In this document: one piece after another, positions 58,160-64,000 of the stretch
Layout: each line of letters opens with the position of its first letter
Numbering within the stretch: position 1 is the first letter of the stretch
Assembly (NCBI GenBank): GCA_963703285.1
Contig: OY969807.1
Span: 1,920,001 to 1,984,000 of the forward strand
Direction: 5' to 3'
Source: an uncultured Nitrososphaerota archaeon
GTDB lineage: Archaea > Thermoproteota > Nitrososphaeria > Nitrososphaerales > Gagatemarchaeaceae
DNA length: 64,000 nucleotides
Position numbers and translations under genes: made by a program
Notes under the pieces: generated by a model
What the model was told of the DNA's origin: nothing
Database searches by the model: none
Seen by the model: the letters and a program-made list of their open reading frames with translations, nothing else

Positions 58160-58849
58160 ATGAGCAACAAGTTCACCAGCGTGCGCATGACTATCGAGGG
58201 CGAGCACTACGAGATACTGGTCTATCCCGACCCAGCCCTCAACTACAAGATGGGTCGGTCCGTCGACCCTGCCTCGGTCCTCGCCATCGACGAGGTCTAC
58301 TCCGACTCGAACAAGGGGCTCCGGGCGTCGGCGGACAAACTGAAGAAGCACTTCAAGACCGAGGACCACGCCAAGGCGGCTCTCGAGGTCCTCAGGCGGG
58401 GCGAGCTGCAGCTGACCCAGGAGCAGAGGCTCCGCCTCACCGAGGAGAAAAGGCGCCAGGTCGTGACCATCATCTCCAAGAACTACGTGGACCCCAGGAC
58501 CAGCCTCCCCCACCCTCCGCTCCGGATAGAGCAGGCGATGCAGGAGGCCAGGGTCTCGATCGACCCGTTCAAGGACGCGAACGAGCAGACCAAGGAGGTC
58601 CTCGATAAACTCAGGCCCATAATCCCCCTGAAGTCAGAGAAGGTCAGGCTTTCGGTGAGGGTCCCCGCACAGTACGCCGGTCAGGCGCTCGGCGCGCTCA
58701 AGGGGTTCGGCGAGATACTTAAAGAGGAGTGGGGGCAGGACGGTGGACTGTCCGTAGTGTTAGAGGCACCGGCCGCATCCCAGCCCAGCCTTCTGGAGAG
58801 ATTGGGGGCTGTGACGAAGGGGTCGGCGCAGGTAGCATTGGTGAAATGA
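58160..58849 (+). CDS. Ribosome assembly factor SBDS
   Basis: GELQLT, DPRTSLPHPP.RIE.AM; operon context. Confidence 0.95.
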   Translation: MSNKFTSVRMTIEGEHYEILVYPDPALNYKMGRSVDPASVLAIDEVYSDSNKGLRASADKLKKHFKTEDHAKAALEVLRRGELQLTQEQRLRLTEEKRRQVVTIISKNYVDPRTSLPHPPLRIEQAMQEARVSIDPFKDANEQTKEVLDKLRPIIPLKSEKVRLSVRVPAQYAGQALGALKGFGEILKEEWGQDGGLSVVLEAPAASQPSLLERLGAVTKGSAQVALVK

Positions 58850-58850
58850 A

Positions 58851-59525
58851 TTGCCAGAAATAGTCAGGAAGCAGGTAATCCCCGGAGACGTAATCGTCAG
58901 CGGGGACTATAGACCAGGCATGTTTGTCGAGCGAAGGGGCAACGACCTCATCGCCCTCCGTGTTGGCCTGGCGGAGATAGTCAGGTCCGACGCCAAGGTG
59001 ATTCCGCTCTCGGGCATCTACATCCCGCGGGTGGAGGACCTCGTGGTCGGGAAGGTCTCGAACCTGACGGGGTACGGCTGGGAGGTCGACATCAACTCGT
59101 GCTTCCTGGGGTACCTCCCCGCGCAGTTCGTCTTCGGGAGGGACTTCTCCCCCGCCACCCACGACCTCAGCACGAGGTTCAAGGTCGGCGACATGATGCT
59201 CGCCAAGATCGAGGCCTACGACCGCTCCAGGGACCCCCAGCTCTCGATACGGGGTCCGGGGCTCGGCCTGATCCCCGGGGGCGAGCTCGTCAAGATATCC
59301 CCCACGAAGGTGCCCCGCCTCATAGGCAAGAAGGGGTACATGATCAAGATGATCGGGAACCTGACCCACTGCGACATACGCATCGGGCAGAACGGGCTCG
59401 TCGTCCTCGAGGGTCCCCCGGAGGGCGTCGTCAAGGCCGTGAAGGCGGTGCACCTGATAGAGGAGGAGGCGCACCTCGCGGACCTGACGCAGAAGGTAGA
59501 GGCGTTCCTCACTAGCGGTGAATAG
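58851..59525 (+). CDS. rrp4: Exosome subunit Rrp4
   Basis: S1 and KH domains; [14 protein letters not shown]. Confidence 0.95.
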   Translation: MPEIVRKQVIPGDVIVSGDYRPGMFVERRGNDLIALRVGLAEIVRSDAKVIPLSGIYIPRVEDLVVGKVSNLTGYGWEVDINSCFLGYLPAQFVFGRDFSPATHDLSTRFKVGDMMLAKIEAYDRSRDPQLSIRGPGLGLIPGGELVKISPTKVPRLIGKKGYMIKMIGNLTHCDIRIGQNGLVVLEGPPEGVVKAVKAVHLIEEEAHLADLTQKVEAFLTSGE

Positions 59526-60279
59526 ATTGGAAGAGAAAAGAAAACTGATCGATGAAAACGGCCTGCGCACCGATGGTCGCAGGTGGGACGAGCTGAGGCC
59601 CATCAAGATTGAGGTGGGCACGCTGCAGAACGCGGACGGCTCGGCCTACATCGAGTTCGGGAAGAACAAGATCGTCGCGGCGGTCTACGGCCCGAAGGAG
59701 ATGCACCCGAAGCACATGCTCCTGGCTGACAGGGCGGTGCTGAAGTGCAGATACCACATGGCCCCGTTCTCGGTCGACCAGCGCAAGAACCCCGCCCCGT
59801 CCAGGAGGGAGATTGAGATATCCATGGTGATCAGGGAGGCGATTCAGCCCGCGCTGATCCTCGAGGACTACCCGAGGACGGCGATACAGATCTACGTCGA
59901 AGTCCTGCAGTCGGACGGCGGGTCCAGGGTCGCCGGGATAACGGCGGCGTCCCTCGCCCTCGCAGACGCGGGGATCAACATGCGGGACCTCGTCGTCGGG
60001 TGCGCCGTCGGCAAGGTCGACGGGAAGGTCGTGCTCGACCTGAACGACACCGAGGACAAGGAGGGCTCCGGGGACATGCCGTTCGCGTTCATGCCCAACC
60101 TCAACCAGGTCACACTGCTGCAACTGGACGGTCTCTTCACGCCGGACGAGTTCAAGCAGGCTCTGGAGATGGCCGAGCAGGGCGCCAGGAAGGTCTACGA
60201 GCTCCAGCGCGAGGCCCTACTGAAGAAGTACTTCGCGGGTACAACCGTGGAGACGACCACCGAGGAGGTGGGCGAGTAG
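59518..60279 (+). CDS. rrp41: Exosome subunit Rrp41
   Basis: RTDGR, ADGSAY, YHMAPFS, DGGSR. Confidence 0.97.
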   Translation: MNRLEEKRKLIDENGLRTDGRRWDELRPIKIEVGTLQNADGSAYIEFGKNKIVAAVYGPKEMHPKHMLLADRAVLKCRYHMAPFSVDQRKNPAPSRREIEISMVIREAIQPALILEDYPRTAIQIYVEVLQSDGGSRVAGITAASLALADAGINMRDLVVGCAVGKVDGKVVLDLNDTEDKEGSGDMPFAFMPNLNQVTLLQLDGLFTPDEFKQALEMAEQGARKVYELQREALLKKYFAGTTVETTTEEVGE

Positions 60280-61092
60280 ATGCCCAAGTCCTACGTCGTA
60301 GAGGCCCTGAGGAAGGCGCAGCTCCTCGAGCTGCTCTCCAAGGGGACGAGGCTCGACGGCAGACGCCTGGACGAGATGAGGAAGATCGAGATACAGACAG
60401 GCCTTATAGAGAAGGCGAACGGCTCGGCCATAGTCAGCCTGGGGAAGACCCAGGTCATCGCCGGAGTGATGGTGGACAAGGGGACGCCGTTCCCCGACAC
60501 CCCTGACAAGGGGCTGCTCGTGGTCGGGGCCGAGGTCCTCCCGCTCGCCGCCTCCTACGTCGAGGCGGGACCTCCGGACGAGAAGGCCATCGAGCTCGCT
60601 AGGGTCGTCGACAGGGGTGTCAGGGAGTCCGAGATGATAGACGTCAGTAGCCTCGTCATCAAGGAGGGCAAGTTCGTCTACGCCGTCTTCGTCGACGTGA
60701 ACGTTCTCAACGTCGACGGGAACCTCTTCGACGCGACGAACTACGCGGTCGTCTCGGCGCTCCTCACGGCGCGCATGCCCAGGTTCGAGCTCGACGGCGA
60801 CACCGTGAAGAACACGGGAGAGAAGATGCCGGTCCCCGTGAGCAAGATTCCCGTCTCCGTGACGATGGCCAGCATAGCCAACACGCTCGTGGCCGACCCG
60901 ACCTCCGAGGAGGAGGCGGTGATGGACGCGAGGATAACGCTGACCACCGACGATGAGGGGTACATCTGCGCGGGCCAGAAGGGCGAGCCCGGGTCGCTCA
61001 CGCGGGAGCAGATACTCACCGCGGCCGACTGGTCCCTGGCCCGGGGCAAGGAGATAAGGGCCGCGATCAAAGAGGCGACGAAGCGTGCCTAG
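60280..61092 (+). CDS. rrp42: Exosome subunit Rrp42
   Basis: RLDGR, ELARVVDRGVRES, DGNLFDA. Confidence 0.96.
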   Translation: MPKSYVVEALRKAQLLELLSKGTRLDGRRLDEMRKIEIQTGLIEKANGSAIVSLGKTQVIAGVMVDKGTPFPDTPDKGLLVVGAEVLPLAASYVEAGPPDEKAIELARVVDRGVRESEMIDVSSLVIKEGKFVYAVFVDVNVLNVDGNLFDATNYAVVSALLTARMPRFELDGDTVKNTGEKMPVPVSKIPVSVTMASIANTLVADPTSEEEAVMDARITLTTDDEGYICAGQKGEPGSLTREQILTAADWSLARGKEIRAAIKEATKRA

Positions 61093-61306
61093 GTCCAAGT
61101 CGGACAGGGGCCTCGGCGCCAAGTACGGCGGGACCGTCAGGAAGCGCTACTCCAACGTACACCGCCTCCTAAAGTCCAAGAAGGAGTGCCCATCCTGCGC
61201 GAGCCTCAAGCTGAAGAGGGTCTCGTCGGGTATCTGGAGGTGCGGCACCTGCGGTTTCACCGTCGCGGGCGGCGCCTATGAAGTCTCACAGGCGCGCAAG
61301 GGCTAA
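61085..61306 (+). CDS. rpl37ae: 50S ribosomal protein L37Ae
   Basis: KYGGTVRK, CPSC, GIWRC..C..GGAY. Confidence 0.95.
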   Translation: MPRSKSDRGLGAKYGGTVRKRYSNVHRLLKSKKECPSCASLKLKRVSSGIWRCGTCGFTVAGGAYEVSQARKG

Positions 61307-61508
61307 CCCGATAAGGAAGATACGCCTGAAGGTGGTCCTCGAGGCCGACGAGGCGACCCTCGAGCGCGCGGGGAAGGCGCTGGGCGGCTCCAGAAAGTCC
61401 GCGGGAAAGCTGATGCTCGTCTCGCAAACCTCAGACCTGGACCAAGCGGTTGAGAAGATGGCGCGTCTCGGTGAAGCGGTCAGGGAACGCTCGAAAGACT
61501 TTAAGTAG
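61278..61508 (+). CDS. Possible KEOPS Pcc1-like protein (start uncertain)
   Basis: Size and position between rpl37ae and pfdB; sequence only weakly diagnostic. Confidence 0.45.
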   Translation: MKSHRRARANPIRKIRLKVVLEADEATLERAGKALGGSRKSAGKLMLVSQTSDLDQAVEKMARLGEAVRERSKDFK

Positions 61509-61532
61509 CCTCGGGGAATCGGTGCGAAGAGT

Positions 61533-61925
61533 TTGAGTCAAGAGATACCGCCTTGGCTGAGAGAGCAGCTTACGAGGCTCGACAACCTGCAGCAGAACCT
61601 ACAGTCCGTCGCGATGCAGAAGCAGCAGGTGGAGGCCGAAGCCAGCGACGCGGACAAGACGCTCGAGGAGCTCAAGAACGTGGCGCCCGAAGAGCAGATC
61701 TACAAGTACGTCGGCAGCCTCCTCGTGAAGGTAACCAAGGAGAGCATCACAAAGGAACTCGAGGAGAAGAAGGACATCTCCAGCACCAGGACGCTCGTCC
61801 TCAACAAGCAGGAGACGCGGCTGAAGGAGAACATCAAGGAACTCCAGGCGAAGATAGACGAGATGATCAAGGCCAGGACGCAGGGGACCGCCCAGGGTCA
61901 GTCTCAGGGCTCCCAAGGCTCGTGA
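61533..61925 (+). CDS. pfdB: Prefoldin beta subunit
   Basis: IPPWLREQ, IYKYVGSLLVK, coiled coils. Confidence 0.93.
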   Translation: MSQEIPPWLREQLTRLDNLQQNLQSVAMQKQQVEAEASDADKTLEELKNVAPEEQIYKYVGSLLVKVTKESITKELEEKKDISSTRTLVLNKQETRLKENIKELQAKIDEMIKARTQGTAQGQSQGSQGS

Positions 61926-61988
61926 TCTCTCCGCACGAACTCCCGGTCCGGGGACGCTCGACGGCCGGAGACAGACGCCCGTGAGAGC

Positions 61989-62969
61989 ATGCCCCTCGTG
62001 CTTCCTCCGCCCGAGAAGGTCAAGAAGGTGGCAATCCTGTGCCACCGCCACGCAGACCCGGACACCTACCTCTCTGCCTACGCGCTCTCCTACATGGTAA
62101 CGAGGCTGATGCCGGCAGCGGAGGTCTCGATAATCTTCCCCGACGGGGTGAGCTCCCTCACGCAGCGCCTCGCCGAGTCCTTCCCCCACGAGTCCCGGGA
62201 GGAGAGCCCCGACTACGACCTCCTGCTGGCGGTCGACATAGGCCACATGGAACTCCTCAAGGAATGGAGCGAGAAGCTGAGGCGGTCCAGCGGGACGAAG
62301 GTCCTGATAGACCACCATCCCGCCCAGGAGGGGACGCCGTACGACCAGTCGGTCGTCGACACCACCGCCTCGTCCGCCGCCGAGATAGTCTACAGGCTCT
62401 TGAAGGAGTCCGGGGTCGAACCGGATGCGAAGGTCTCCCAGGCCCTCCTCATCGCTATACTGTTCGACTCCCAGCACCTCTCCATCGCGGGCGTCGGGAC
62501 GCTCCGGGCGGTCGTCGAGCTGGTCGAGCACGGCGCCGTCCTCGAGGACGCAAGGGCGGTCCTCCGGTCCCCGCCCGACTACGGGGAGGTGATAGCAAAG
62601 CTGAAGGCCGCCAAGAGGTCTCGCATCTACAAGTCGGCGGGCTGGGTGATAGTGGTGAGCACCGTTGGTTCCTTCCAGGCGAACGTGGCGAGGGCCTTCA
62701 CGCACCTCGGCGCGGACGTCTCGCTCGTCGTGGGTGAGTTCGACGGAGAGCTCCGAGGCTCGCTCCGCGCCAACGCCCGCTTCAGCACCGCGACCAAGAT
62801 CCACCTGGGAACCGACGTCGCCGAGGTGCTCTCAAGGGGGAGGGGCTACGGCGGCGGACACCCGACCGCGGCGTCCTTCACGTGCAGGGCGGAGGAGGAG
62901 GCGGTGATAAGGGAGTTCCTCGCCCTCATCGGGACGCTGCTTCGGGAGCAACCGACAGAGGTGAAGTGA
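61989..62969 (+). CDS. DHH/DHHA1 phosphoesterase
   Basis: HRHADPD, IDHH, GGGH..AA. Confidence 0.92.
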   Translation: MPLVLPPPEKVKKVAILCHRHADPDTYLSAYALSYMVTRLMPAAEVSIIFPDGVSSLTQRLAESFPHESREESPDYDLLLAVDIGHMELLKEWSEKLRRSSGTKVLIDHHPAQEGTPYDQSVVDTTASSAAEIVYRLLKESGVEPDAKVSQALLIAILFDSQHLSIAGVGTLRAVVELVEHGAVLEDARAVLRSPPDYGEVIAKLKAAKRSRIYKSAGWVIVVSTVGSFQANVARAFTHLGADVSLVVGEFDGELRGSLRANARFSTATKIHLGTDVAEVLSRGRGYGGGHPTAASFTCRAEEEAVIREFLALIGTLLREQPTEVK

Positions 62970-63657
62970 GCGTCTTCTCGCCCTTCTGAAGGTACGCCAC
63001 GATCCAGAGCCTCCTTCCGGCCACCCTCATGTTCCTGACCTGCGGCAGGCTGACGATTGCGTACGTCGCGAACGTGACGAGCCCAAACTGGATGGCGTTG
63101 AAGATCGCCGTCATGGTGAGGATGAGGGCGAGGACGTTCGAGGAGGTCACGCTGATGCCGATGTCTTTGAACGGAGCTTGGACCGTGTAGAGGGCGGCCG
63201 TCAAACCGAACAGGGGGGAGACGATGAGAAGGTAGTTCGGGAGGGTCATCGCGGCCGCCCGCAAGACCATCCCCAGCCCTCCGCCGAACCCGACGGCCGT
63301 TCCGACGTTCCTGCTCCGCGCTCGCAACGCCACCTTCGCCCCCAGCCATATCCCCAGAAGGGACGAGAGGATAGCTATGAGCTTGAATTCGGGCCCGAAG
63401 AAAGCGGCGTTCACCCCTAGCGCCATCAGCGTGGCGAACTCTATGAAGGCGGCCACCAGCGCAGGGAGGGGGCCAAAGATGAAGAACGCGAGGAGAATCG
63501 CTATCTCACCCAGGTCGAACTGCAGGTAGGGCACCAGCGGGAAGTACAGCCCTAGGGCTTGCGATACCAGAGTCAGGACCACCGCAAGGGCTCCGAAGAT
63601 CGCCATCCCCGCGAGCGAGACGCTGTCCACCCTCCGAGTCTGACCCATTGTCGCCAT
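62926..63657 (-). CDS. ECF transporter S component (RibU-like)
   Basis: YLQFDLGEI..AFFIFGP, FNAIQ; divergent from an ECF ATPase. Confidence 0.8.
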   Translation of the reverse strand: MATMGQTRRVDSVSLAGMAIFGALAVVLTLVSQALGLYFPLVPYLQFDLGEIAILLAFFIFGPLPALVAAFIEFATLMALGVNAAFFGPEFKLIAILSSLLGIWLGAKVALRARSRNVGTAVGFGGGLGMVLRAAAMTLPNYLLIVSPLFGLTAALYTVQAPFKDIGISVTSSNVLALILTMTAIFNAIQFGLVTFATYAIVSLPQVRNMRVAGRRLWIVAYLQKGEKTLTSPLSVAPEAASR

Positions 63658-63681
63658 GCCACGGGCACCCCGCCATGAGTC

Positions 63682-63715
63682 TAATAAGAATTTGGTAACA
63701 ACCAAATATTTAGTA
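63682..63715. promoter_or_regulatory. Tandem imperfect palindromes overlapping the S-component promoter
   Basis: TAATAAGAATTTGGTA and AACCAAATATTTAGTA; also reads ATTTGGT-N4-ACCAAAT. Confidence 0.5.
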
Positions 63716-63817
63716 ACCACCCTCTGAGCGGCGCGCCGAAGTCAGTTGCGCCTCCAAAGGGTTATCCTTGCGTCCGCCCCCGCCGTGCCCGTCGCGCCCT
63801 CGGGCGCGCCCTAGCCA

Positions 63818-64000
63818 GTGACAAGATTGACCACGCTTCTCCGCGTCGACGACCTCTCGTTCCGCTACATCGATACCGAGAGGTGGACGCTCGACAAGGT
63901 GAGCATGCAGGTCGAGGAGGGGTCGATCACTATCCTCGCGGGGCAGAGCGGGTGCGGCAAGTCGACGCTCCTCAGGTGCGTGAACGGCCTGATACCCCAC
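63818..64000 (+). CDS. ECF transporter ATPase (partial, runs off the right edge)
   Basis: LSFRY..TLDKVS..GQSGCGKSTLLRCVNGLIPH. Confidence 0.88.
   Translation, partial: MTRLTTLLRVDDLSFRYIDTERWTLDKVSMQVEEGSITILAGQSGCGKSTLLRCVNGLIPH

Overview
GC-rich archaeal chromosome segment. The type IB topoisomerase, psmA-SBDS-exosome-L37ae-prefoldin operon, archaeal CCA enzyme and BHB-intron tRNAs point to Nitrososphaerota/Thaumarchaeota; a non-ammonia-oxidising soil lineage is my inference. Core blocks are a tRNA-processing cluster (3.5-12.5 kb), dapAB, and topIB-nfo to proteasome/exosome/ECF (51-64 kb). Metabolic blocks are a methylcitrate cycle (prpB/C/D) joined to meaB, a B12 acyl-CoA mutase and an acyl-CoA dehydrogenase, and the Aeropyrum-type mevalonate genes (UbiD, AcnX large/small, UbiX). 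Accessory regions next to three tRNAs carry an IS481-type element with a 15-bp target duplication and several frameshifted, truncated or chimeric genes. Most notable: (1) the mutase has isobutyryl-CoA-mutase specificity residues and is preceded by a full-length biotin-ligase paralogue that has lost its catalytic motifs; (2) two double-intron tRNAs with non-canonical BHB introns (Asp-GUC, hidden under spurious ORFs, and Lys-UUU); (3) conserved genes (thpR, rnz) that appear to need a CTG start; (4) a tandem-HTH regulator divergent from a 34-aa peptide coupled to a TIM-barrel gene. All family calls come from motif recognition by eye; no searches were run.
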